Source: an uncultured Candidatus Saccharibacteria bacterium
Lineage (GTDB): Bacteria > Patescibacteriota > Minisyncoccia > Phycocordibacterales > JAACPR01
Length of the DNA stretch: 52,187 nucleotides
NCBI GenBank assembly: GCA_964507955.1
Contig: CAZDRR010000002.1
Location: 2,665-54,851, forward strand
Direction: 5' to 3'
Part shown: positions 30,026-38,115 of the stretch, piece by piece
How the letters are laid out: each line of letters begins with the position of its first letter
How positions within the stretch are numbered: position 1 is the first letter of the stretch
Translations under genes and position numbers: made by a program
Notes under the pieces: model-generated
Databases searched by the model: none
What the model saw: the letters and a program-made list of their open reading frames with translations, nothing else
Told to the model about the DNA's origin: nothing

Positions 30026-31429
30026 ATGAGTCATACACATCTTACAATTGAAGAAATAAATACAAAACTTATTTCAAAAGAACTCACAGTTGCAGAACTT
30101 GTTGATGCATATCTTTCTACTATTTCTGAAAAAAATAAAGAACTCAATGTATTTATCAAGATACATACTGATTTTATTAAGGAGCAAATTGTCCATGCTC
30201 AAGCAATGATTGATTCAGGTAAAGCAACTGTACTTACAGGTATTCCAATTGCAATCAAGGATAATATTCTTATTAAAGGTGAAGAAGTAAGTGCTGCTTC
30301 AAAAATTCTAGAAGGGTATAAAGCAACATATGATGCAACTGTTATATCTAAATTAAAAGAACAAGGTGCAATCCTTATTCCACGAGCTAACATGGACGAG
30401 TTTGCTATGGGAGGTTCTACCGAATTTTCTGCATATGGAGTAACTAAAAATCCATTTGATACAAATCGTGTGGCAGGAGGTTCATCAGGAGGAAGTGCGG
30501 TTGCTGTTGCATCAGGAATGTCTGCGCTTGCACTTGGTTCTGATACGGGAGGTTCTATTCGACTTCCTGCTTCATTTTGTGGAATTGTTGGGCTTAAGCC
30601 AACATACGGAAGTGTTTCTCGAAATGGACTCATGGCAATGGCAAGCTCATTTGATGTAATTGGACCTTTTTCACATACTGTAAAAGATTCAAAAATTCTT
30701 TTTGATGTAATTAAAGGAATTGATCCTCTTGATCAGACAACAGTTTTAAAAGAAATTTCAAGTGAAGTTAAAAAAATTGGAGTACCATATCATTTTTTAA
30801 AGTCAGGAATCGATCAAGACGTGCTTGAAGTATTTAATTCAAATATTGAAAAATTAAAATCGCAAGGGTATGAGATTGTAGATATTTCACTCCCAAGTTT
30901 TGAATATGCACTTTCTATTTATTATATTCTTGTTCCAGCTGAAGTTTCATCTAATATGTCTCGATATGACGGAGTTAAATTTGGTCAAAAAATTGAAGGT
31001 AAAGATTTGATTGATGACTATTTTCAAACAAGAGGAAAACTTCTTGGTGAAGAAGTAAAACGAAGAATTATGCTGGGAACATATGTATTATCAGCTGGAT
31101 ACTCCGATGAGTATTATAGAAAAGCGTGGACTGCACGAAACAAAATCAAAGATGAAGTTAAAAAAGTTTTTGAACAAGTTGATGTTATTGCGATGCCTGT
31201 ATCACCGATGCCTGCATTTAAGATTGGAGAAATGTCAGCTGATCCTCTTAAGATGTATCTTGCTGATATATTTACTGTATCTGCAAACGTTGCTGGTGTT
31301 CCTGCAATTTCTATTCCTGCTGGAAACGTTGTACGAGAAGAAAAACAACTTCCTGTTGGATTACAACTTCTTGCGCCATGGCACGGGGAAGAAAGACTCT
31401 TTAATGTCGGACAAAAGTTTGAAAAATAA
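30026..31429 (+). CDS. gatA: Asp/Glu-tRNA amidotransferase subunit A
   Basis: GIPIAIKDN, NMDEFAMGGS, GGSSGGS, LGSDTGGSIR, MYLADIFTV. Confidence 0.97.
   Translation: MSHTHLTIEEINTKLISKELTVAELVDAYLSTISEKNKELNVFIKIHTDFIKEQIVHAQAMIDSGKATVLTGIPIAIKDNILIKGEEVSAASKILEGYKATYDATVISKLKEQGAILIPRANMDEFAMGGSTEFSAYGVTKNPFDTNRVAGGSSGGSAVAVASGMSALALGSDTGGSIRLPASFCGIVGLKPTYGSVSRNGLMAMASSFDVIGPFSHTVKDSKILFDVIKGIDPLDQTTVLKEISSEVKKIGVPYHFLKSGIDQDVLEVFNSNIEKLKSQGYEIVDISLPSFEYALSIYYILVPAEVSSNMSRYDGVKFGQKIEGKDLIDDYFQTRGKLLGEEVKRRIMLGTYVLSAGYSDEYYRKAWTARNKIKDEVKKVFEQVDVIAMPVSPMPAFKIGEMSADPLKMYLADIFTVSANVAGVPAISIPAGNVVREEKQLPVGLQLLAPWHGEERLFNVGQKFEK
31399..31422 (+). repeat. 24-bp direct repeat, copy 1 (3' end of gatA)
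   Basis: ctttaatgtcggacaaaagtttga. Confidence 0.85.
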
Positions 31430-31443
31430 AATATCTTTAAAAG

Positions 31444-32523
31444 ATGAAATCTCAAGATCTCTATATACACGAACTTGATATCTTAAGAATGTTTGCGGCC
31501 GTTGCTGTTGTTATTTTTCATTTCGGAATATGGTCATATCCATTTCGTATTGGATTAATAGAGCCTATATTTCAGAGTGCTAATATTGCAGTAGGTTTCT
31601 TCTTCTTTCTTTCGGGCTTTATTTTGGTGTATGTAAGTAGAGAAAATTTTAAAAAGTATAGTTTTGATATTAAAAATTTTTATAAAAAACGATTAGTTAG
31701 AATACTACCAGCTTATTTTTTGGCGATGTTTTTAATGGGGTTGGTGTACCCACTTCATTTTGGGTTTTTCCCTGATATAAAGCATTTTATTTTAGAAATT
31801 TTATTACTTCAATCTTGGATACCTGGTTCTGTTACAAATGTTAATTTTGTTGCTTGGTCTCTATCTGTTGAAATTTTCTTTTACCTACTTTTCCCATTGT
31901 TATTTAAGATGTTAATTAAAAATTCAAAGACTTTTGTTACTCTCGCATCTGCTTTTTGGGTCATAACAAATGTGTTTGTACTTCTCTCTGCTTTTAGTTT
32001 TAATCAAGATAACATCACTATTAATCAGTTTACAAAGTTTTTTCCATTATTCCATCTTAATATCTTTATGTTCGGAATGTTTTTTTCAAAACTTTTTATT
32101 ACAAAAAATGTATTTGTTTTAAAACTCCAGAGCCCAATAGTTTTTATTGGTACAATACTATTTTTTATTATATATGCTCAATTAGTACCTAATCAGATGT
32201 TAATTGGTCAACATGATGGTTTACTATTGCCATTATTCATTACTCTTGTTTTTGGAGTTTTCTCTCTGAAAGGAGTATATAAGAAGATTTTAAACAACAG
32301 ACTGTTTATGTTGCTTGGTAAAGCAAGTTATGGAATCTATATTTATCAGGTTGTTATCTACTATTTTATGTATTGGTTTTATAAAAAGATTGGAGTTTTT
32401 GATTTACTTAAAGAAGAAGGAAGGTTTTTTGTTTTTTTAGTAGTCTTACTTTTTGCATCAGTCTTGTCTTATGAGTTTTTTGAGAAAAAAATTAGAAATC
32501 TTTTAATTAAACATAAAATATAG
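31444..32523 (+). CDS. Acyltransferase-3 (OafA-like) integral membrane O-acyltransferase
   Basis: LDILRMFAAVAVVIFH, FFFLSGFIL, KRLVRILPAY, WSLSVEIFFYLLFP, LGKASYGIYIYQ, SYEFFEK. Confidence 0.92.
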   Translation: MKSQDLYIHELDILRMFAAVAVVIFHFGIWSYPFRIGLIEPIFQSANIAVGFFFFLSGFILVYVSRENFKKYSFDIKNFYKKRLVRILPAYFLAMFLMGLVYPLHFGFFPDIKHFILEILLLQSWIPGSVTNVNFVAWSLSVEIFFYLLFPLLFKMLIKNSKTFVTLASAFWVITNVFVLLSAFSFNQDNITINQFTKFFPLFHLNIFMFGMFFSKLFITKNVFVLKLQSPIVFIGTILFFIIYAQLVPNQMLIGQHDGLLLPLFITLVFGVFSLKGVYKKILNNRLFMLLGKASYGIYIYQVVIYYFMYWFYKKIGVFDLLKEEGRFFVFLVVLLFASVLSYEFFEKKIRNLLIKHKI

Positions 32524-32537
32524 AGTGAATAAGGAAC

Positions 32538-32561
32538 CTTTAATGTTGGACAAAAGTTTGA
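32538..32561 (+). repeat. 24-bp direct repeat, copy 2 (gatA 3'-end remnant)
   Basis: ctttaatgttggacaaaagtttga, 23/24 identical to copy 1; reads FNVGQKFEIL* in the gatA frame. Confidence 0.85.
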
Positions 32562-32574
32562 GATACTATAAGTA

Positions 32575-33579
32575 ATGGCAGAAATAAAAAAAGATGCACC
32601 AAAAGATGACAGACATTGGTTTATTGCTTTTTTTCCTGTAATTGCTTTATTATTTTTGATAATTCTCGGTTCGCGGATGAGTGGCGAAACAATCTTTGGA
32701 GAGAAAATCAAAAATGTAGAAAATGATCCAATTGCAAGTAAGAGAAATATTTTTAGTATATATGAATGGATTGGGACTGGTCCACTTGGAGAAGATATAC
32801 GAATTATAAATACAGAAAAAGTATCTGTTCGTAATCAGCCTGCAGGAGCAATTGTTGGTACACAAAACAAATTACAAACAGGTGTATTGCGAGAAGGTCC
32901 AGTTTTGATGTATGACATTGTATGGTGGGGTATTGACTATAAAGATGCACCAGATGGTTGGGTTGCACAAGAATCTATTTCTTCAAAAATAAAGACAGTA
33001 CGTTTTTTTAATATTATTCCCATTACATACGGTTTCTATAAGCCAATAGGGTATATATTATTGGTAATTTTATTAATACTATTTCTATATTACAAGTTTG
33101 GTCTTACAAAAGAGGAGGATATATGGAGAAAAAAACTAGAATTGAAAAGAGAACAATATAAAGAAAAAGAGATTCCTCTCAAAGAAGCTATTGAGCAAAA
33201 GCCTGATGTTGAAGAAATACCTGGATTTCAAACAGAAGAAATTATGCCTGTTGAATTACTAGAACAACAGGGGAGATGGCAACATATTCAAGATTTAATT
33301 AAATCTTATAATATGAATGATTGGCGCCAAGCTATTATTGAGGCAGATATTATTCTTGAAGAAATGTTAGAAAAGATGGGGTATGATGGAGTTACTATTG
33401 GAGATAAATTAAAAAATGTTGAGAGATCAGACTTTATTACTCTTGATAAGGCGTGGTCAGCTCATAAGGTTAGAAATCAGATTGCACATGATGGTTCTAA
33501 TTTTAAACTTACACGAGAAGTTGCGGAGAAGACAATCAAAGATTTTGAAGATGTGTTTAAAGAGTTTTATTATATTTAG
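32575..33579 (+). CDS. Two-TM protein with SH3b-like middle region and C-terminal HEPN/DUF4145-like domain
   Basis: TMs near residues 14-32 and 155-175; WWGIDY...DGWVAQ (SH3b-like); AIIEAD...TIGDKLK...AHKVRNQIAH. Confidence 0.65.
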   Translation: MAEIKKDAPKDDRHWFIAFFPVIALLFLIILGSRMSGETIFGEKIKNVENDPIASKRNIFSIYEWIGTGPLGEDIRIINTEKVSVRNQPAGAIVGTQNKLQTGVLREGPVLMYDIVWWGIDYKDAPDGWVAQESISSKIKTVRFFNIIPITYGFYKPIGYILLVILLILFLYYKFGLTKEEDIWRKKLELKREQYKEKEIPLKEAIEQKPDVEEIPGFQTEEIMPVELLEQQGRWQHIQDLIKSYNMNDWRQAIIEADIILEEMLEKMGYDGVTIGDKLKNVERSDFITLDKAWSAHKVRNQIAHDGSNFKLTREVAEKTIKDFEDVFKEFYYI

Positions 33580-33585
33580 TTAAAC

Positions 33586-33664
33586 AAAAACACTGCGAAA
33601 TTTTTCTGTTGTAGGACCCGGCTATTACACCACCCAGACTCCAGAAAAATTTCGCAGTGTTTTT
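33586..33664. repeat. Perfect 23-bp inverted repeat with 33-nt GC-richer loop between convergent genes
   Basis: aaaaacactgcgaaatttttctg-[ttgtaggacccggctattacaccacccagactc]-cagaaaaatttcgcagtgttttt. Confidence 0.85.
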
Positions 33665-33668
33665 TATT

Positions 33669-34667
33669 CTAAATTTCAGAAACTTTAAAATCTACGGGTG
33701 CATTCTTCAAATACTCTTGGATTTTCTCTTGTGTAAGAAGACCTGCTTGTGCTCCGATGTACTGCACAACTGACATTGAATTAATTGGACCCCAGAGCAA
33801 GGCTTCTTCAATTGGTTTTCCAAGGGCGATTGCTGATGTAATTGTTGAAGCAAAAGAATCACCAGCACCGGTTCTATCTATTGGTTCTTTTGGATCTGGG
33901 TATGGGGGAACAAATAATGTTTTGCCTTCGTATAATGTATACGCACCATTTGGTCCATCTGTAATAATCGGAATTTGAGGTCCTAATTCTTTTATTTTTT
34001 GTAAAAGAATCTTGATATCTTGTTCTTGTGTATTAAGGATTCTTTGGGCTTCTTCTTTATTACAAAAGAATAAATATGTATGGGCATATAATTCTTTTAA
34101 ATTTTCATACCCTAATTTCATCTGAAATGTTCCTGGTTGAAACGCGAGTTTTACAGAAGAATTATTTTTTAAATACTCTGAAATTACTTTATGAAAAGGA
34201 AGGGAATTTTCAGCAAGAGAACTTAAATAGATAAACTTAGGTTTTGAAATCTTTGGAAGAGAATAAGGGAATTCGGTATGTTTTACAAGTATTGTTCTCT
34301 CTGCTCCTAAACGAAGCACATAATGATAATTTGATTTTAAATTTTTGTGAATAAAAATATACTTTGTTCCTACTCCTACTTTCTTTAATGATTGTATTTG
34401 TTCTTTTCCAAAACTATCATCTCCAACATTTGATATGAGGGCAGATTTTAGTCCAAGTCTGTGTGCTGCAACAGATGCATTTGCACTATTACCAACCGCA
34501 GGAACAACAACGACATCTTTAAATGGAAGTTTGTCTCCAAATTTCATGCAGAGCTCTTTGTCTCCTTTAGGATTATCTGTTTCTACCCATGCTTGATCAA
34601 GTTCAATAAATGCATCAGTTACAATATCTCCAATACCAATAAAATCTAATTTTCCAAAGTTAAACAT
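33669..34667 (-). CDS. PfkB/ribokinase-family carbohydrate kinase
   Basis: GNSANASVAAHRLG, VGDDSFG, FCNKEEA, ITDGPNGA, DRTGAGDSFAS. Confidence 0.92.
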   Translation of the reverse strand: MFNFGKLDFIGIGDIVTDAFIELDQAWVETDNPKGDKELCMKFGDKLPFKDVVVVPAVGNSANASVAAHRLGLKSALISNVGDDSFGKEQIQSLKKVGVGTKYIFIHKNLKSNYHYVLRLGAERTILVKHTEFPYSLPKISKPKFIYLSSLAENSLPFHKVISEYLKNNSSVKLAFQPGTFQMKLGYENLKELYAHTYLFFCNKEEAQRILNTQEQDIKILLQKIKELGPQIPIITDGPNGAYTLYEGKTLFVPPYPDPKEPIDRTGAGDSFASTITSAIALGKPIEEALLWGPINSMSVVQYIGAQAGLLTQEKIQEYLKNAPVDFKVSEI

Positions 34668-34728
34668 ATGAAGATTATATCATAAAAGTTATTAGCTCTT
34701 AGTTAATAGCTTTGTTATACTGATGTAT
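34668..34728. promoter_or_regulatory. Compact divergent promoter region (pfkB-like / fba)
   Basis: Minus TGa-TATAAT (34679-74) 6 nt before ATG 34667; plus TGt-TATACT (34716-21) 7 nt before ATG 34729; imperfect inverted repeat aaagttattagc/gttaatagcttt between them. Confidence 0.7.
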
Positions 34729-35586
34729 ATGACACTTAAAGAAGTAATTTTGGACGCTCAGGCACGTAAAGTAGCAATCGGGCATTTTAATGTATCTAAT
34801 TTAGAAGCAGTTCATGCGATCAAGTACGCTGTGCAAGAAACCGGTTTTCCTGCAATTATTGGTGTGTCTGATAATGAAGAAGAATTTTTTGGACAAGATG
34901 AAATTGTCGCACTTGTAAAACTATATCAATCCCAAGGTTTACCTATTTATCTTAATGCCGATCATGCGTATTCTGTTGAACGAGCAAAGAAGTGCATTGA
35001 CGCAGGTTTTGATTCTGTTATTTATGATGGAGCAGAATTATCTCATGAAGAAAATATTAAAAATACAAAAGAAGTTGTAGACTATGCAAAGTCAAAAAAC
35101 TCAAACTGTTTAATTGAAGCTGAAATTGGATTTATAGGTAAATCATCTAATTTGATGGATTCTATTCCAGAAGGGACTGCTTTAGAACAATTTTTGACAA
35201 AACCCGAAGAAGCAAAAGCATTTGTAGATGCAACCGGTGTGGATTTATTAGCTCCAGCAGTTGGAAACATTCATGGAATGCTTAAAAATATGAAACAACC
35301 AAATCTTGATATTGGGCGAATTGAGAATATCTCAAAAATAACAGGAATCCCACTTGTACTTCATGGTGGTTCTGGAATTAGTGTCGATGATTTTAAAAAA
35401 GCAATTGCGTGTGGTATGTGTATTGTTCATATTAATACTGAGATACGACTTGCATTTAAGACTGCACTCGAGAAGGGTATTGCAGATAATGTTGATCAAG
35501 TTGCTCCATACAAGATTTTAAAGCCAACACAAGATGCAATGAAACAAGTTATTATTGAGAAATTAAAAATATTCAATAATGTTTAA
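34729..35586 (+). CDS. fba: Class II fructose-bisphosphate aldolase
   Basis: AIGHFN, NADH (normally HLDH), GFDSVIYDG, EAEIG, AVGNIHG, LHGGSG, HINTEIR; start moved to ATG 34729. Confidence 0.93.
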   Translation: MTLKEVILDAQARKVAIGHFNVSNLEAVHAIKYAVQETGFPAIIGVSDNEEEFFGQDEIVALVKLYQSQGLPIYLNADHAYSVERAKKCIDAGFDSVIYDGAELSHEENIKNTKEVVDYAKSKNSNCLIEAEIGFIGKSSNLMDSIPEGTALEQFLTKPEEAKAFVDATGVDLLAPAVGNIHGMLKNMKQPNLDIGRIENISKITGIPLVLHGGSGISVDDFKKAIACGMCIVHINTEIRLAFKTALEKGIADNVDQVAPYKILKPTQDAMKQVIIEKLKIFNNV

Positions 35587-37234
35587 AGAAATTTTTATTT
35601 CATTACAAAAACAAATACAAGGTGATGTTGTATATGATGAGAATACTTTACAAAAGTATAGCCATGATACTTCTTTATTTGAAATAAAACCTCTTGCTGT
35701 TGTATATCCAAAAAATTCTTTGGATATTGCATCAATTGTTAAATTTGTTCAAGATAATAAATTTACAATTCCAAATATTTCAATTACTGCTCGAAGTGGA
35801 GGGTCTGATATGACAGGTGGTGCAATCGGACAAGGATTAATTATTGATGTAACCAAATACATGAATTCATTTGAAATATTTTCAGATGAATTGTATGCAC
35901 AAATTCAACCAGGTGTTTTTTATAGAGATTTTGAACCACAAAGTCTTAAAAGTAATCTTATTATGCCGGTATATCCTGCATCAAGAGATCTTGCCGCTTT
36001 TGGTGGAATGATTTCAAATAATTGTGCTGGAGAAAAATCTCTTTTGTATGGTCAAATGAGAAATTTTGTTGAGAGTGTTACATGTATTCTTTCAAATGGA
36101 AGAGAGTATGAATTTAAAGAAATCTCATTCAACGAAGTAGAACAAATAATTAATGGTAATGATGAATTTTTGTCTGGAATTTACAGAAGAATATTTCATC
36201 TTATTGATCAAAATTATAATTTTATACAAGAAGCAAAACCTAAGACCAAAAAGAATTCGTCGGGATATGCTTTGTGGGACGTCATGAATAAAGAAAAACA
36301 AACATTTAATCTTGCACAGTTGATTGTTGGATCACAAGGAACACTTGGTTTAGTTACAAACTCAAGAGTAAGACTTGTACAAGAAAAAAGATTTAAGAAA
36401 ATGATAACAGTATTTTTGCCGAGTTGGAATAAGTTACCTCAATTAGTAAATTCAATTCTACCGTATAGACCAGAATCGCTTGAAGTTTTTGATGATACAA
36501 CTCTTAAACTCGGACTTAGGTTTTTTCCTCAAATTGCAAAGCGGGTAGGTAAATCACTCTTTTCGTTCATAGTCGGATTCATTCCGGAGTTTTTTATTGG
36601 AGTTAGGATGCTTGGGCTTCCAAAATTAATAATGATTATTGAGCATACTGCAGATACCCAAGAAGAGCTTGATGAAAAAGTAAAAAATACAGAAACTGCA
36701 CTCAAAAACTACAAGGCACTATTTAGAACAATCCATGATGAAAAAGAGGGTGAGAAATATTTTGTTGTACGAAGAGAAAGCTTTAATTTATTACGAGAAA
36801 AGGTAAAAGGAAAAAACACAGTTCCGTTTATTGAAGATTTTTGCGTACAACCAGAAAGTCTTCCTGAATTTTTACCAAAACTTTTGGCAATATTAAAAAA
36901 GAATAAAATAAATATAAATATTGCAGGACATGCAGGAGAGGGTAATCTTCATATTATTCCTCTTATGAATTTAAAAGATGATAAAGAACGAGGGAAAATA
37001 ATTCCTGTTGCTCAAGAGGTTTATAGATTAGTCCTCTCTTATAGGGGCACCATTACAGCTGAACATAATGATGGAATTATTAGAACACCATTTCTTAAAG
37101 ATATGTATGGTGAAAGAATGAATCTTTTATTTAAAGATATTAAAAATATTTTTGATGTAAATAATATATTTAACCCCGGCAAAAAGGTTGGTGGGACACT
37201 GGAGGATGTGAAGAAGTGGATGAAGAGAGGGTAA
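35579..37234 (+). CDS. FAD-binding oxidoreductase (GlcD / D-lactate dehydrogenase-like), no Fe-S domain
   Basis: ARSGGSDMTGGA, PAS...AFGGMISNNCAG, GSQGTLG, GHAGEGNLH, GTITAEHNDG, FNPGK. Confidence 0.88.
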   Translation: MFKEIFISLQKQIQGDVVYDENTLQKYSHDTSLFEIKPLAVVYPKNSLDIASIVKFVQDNKFTIPNISITARSGGSDMTGGAIGQGLIIDVTKYMNSFEIFSDELYAQIQPGVFYRDFEPQSLKSNLIMPVYPASRDLAAFGGMISNNCAGEKSLLYGQMRNFVESVTCILSNGREYEFKEISFNEVEQIINGNDEFLSGIYRRIFHLIDQNYNFIQEAKPKTKKNSSGYALWDVMNKEKQTFNLAQLIVGSQGTLGLVTNSRVRLVQEKRFKKMITVFLPSWNKLPQLVNSILPYRPESLEVFDDTTLKLGLRFFPQIAKRVGKSLFSFIVGFIPEFFIGVRMLGLPKLIMIIEHTADTQEELDEKVKNTETALKNYKALFRTIHDEKEGEKYFVVRRESFNLLREKVKGKNTVPFIEDFCVQPESLPEFLPKLLAILKKNKININIAGHAGEGNLHIIPLMNLKDDKERGKIIPVAQEVYRLVLSYRGTITAEHNDGIIRTPFLKDMYGERMNLLFKDIKNIFDVNNIFNPGKKVGGTLEDVKKWMKRG

Positions 37235-37272
37235 TTTTATGAATTATTTTCTTTAAGAAAAAGGTTTTTTAG

Positions 37273-37340
37273 AAAGCACCTATATGCAAAAAGAGCGGGA
37301 AATTTCAAAAGGATACAACCTTTTTGCATATAGGTGCTTT
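37273..37340. repeat. Perfect 21-bp inverted repeat with 26-nt loop
   Basis: aaagcacctatatgcaaaaag-[agcgggaaatttcaaaaggatacaac]-ctttttgcatataggtgcttt. Confidence 0.85.
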
Positions 37341-37399
37341 TCTCTAAAAAAGGCTGGATATATTGCCTTTTCTCAAAAATTCTGTATACTGCAAGGACT

Positions 37400-38029
37400 A
37401 TGTTAAAACTTAAAGCAGTAAAACGAGATGTAGCAGAAAAGCCAGAAGAAATTAGAGAATCTGGCGCTATTCCTGCTGTATTTTATGGTCCAAAAGAATC
37501 TTCACAAGCAATTACTGTGAAGGCATTAGAATTTGATAAGGTATTTAAGGAAGCAGGAGAATCAACAGTTGTTGTTCTTGATGTAGATGGAACAGAGCAC
37601 GAAACTCTTATTCATGATGTTGCGTATCATCCGGTGCGAGGAAATGTAGCTCATGTTGATTTTTATGTAATTGAAAAAGGGAAGAAAGTACAAGTTAATG
37701 TTGAGCTTGTATTTGAAGGAGTTTCTCCTGCAGAAAAAACTCTTGGTGGAACACTTGTAAAGGTTATGCATGAAGTTGAAATTGAAGCTATGCCTAAAGA
37801 TCTTCCTCATGAGATAGTTGTTAGTGTAGAATCACTTGTAGATTTTGACTCAAAAATTACAGCTGGAGATATTATTATGCCTGCTGGTGTAACACTTCTT
37901 ACAGATCCTGAAGAGGTAGTTGCTCTTGTACAAGAAGCAAAAGAAGAATCTGATGAACCAAGTACACCAATTGACATCTCATCTATTGAAGTAGAAAAGA
38001 AAGGAAAGAAAGAAGAAGCTGCTGAATAA
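37400..38029 (+). CDS. rplY: 50S ribosomal protein L25 / Ctc
   Basis: IPAVFYG, HPVRGNVAHVDFY, IEAMPKDLPHEIVV; start moved to ATG 37400 because the ORF-track extension spans promoter TTGCCT-N16-TATACT. Confidence 0.95.
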   Translation: MLKLKAVKRDVAEKPEEIRESGAIPAVFYGPKESSQAITVKALEFDKVFKEAGESTVVVLDVDGTEHETLIHDVAYHPVRGNVAHVDFYVIEKGKKVQVNVELVFEGVSPAEKTLGGTLVKVMHEVEIEAMPKDLPHEIVVSVESLVDFDSKITAGDIIMPAGVTLLTDPEEVVALVQEAKEESDEPSTPIDISSIEVEKKGKKEEAAE

Positions 38030-38038
38030 TTAAGATTA

Positions 38039-38075
38039 AATAAAAGCGCGGACCCACAGGGTCCGCGCTTTTATT
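38039..38075. terminator. Perfect 17-bp inverted repeat, GGACCC-N3-GGGTCC family copy 2
   Basis: aataaaagcgcggaccc-aca-gggtccgcgcttttatt. Confidence 0.88.
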
Positions 38076-38115
38076 ATGGTTTAACCTGTGTTTTTTTGAT
38101 ATACTAGTAAGACAT

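Noticed and set aside
30199-30633. 144-aa antisense ORF in gatA, and similar shadows (5015-5371, 15357-15716, 51516-51911 and others)
   Set aside because: They lie opposite or within well-supported genes, have no recognisable motifs and no own expression signals.
29643-31440. 13-bp match aaaatatctttaa on both sides of gatCA (29643, 31428)
   Set aside because: Short and very AT-rich, compatible with chance; no evidence gatCA is mobile.
37334-37399. ORF-track N-terminal extensions (616, 15361, 24507, 34723, 37334, 39758, 40735, 48249)
   Set aside because: Extensions overlap upstream genes, hairpins or promoter elements; downstream ATGs match family N-termini.
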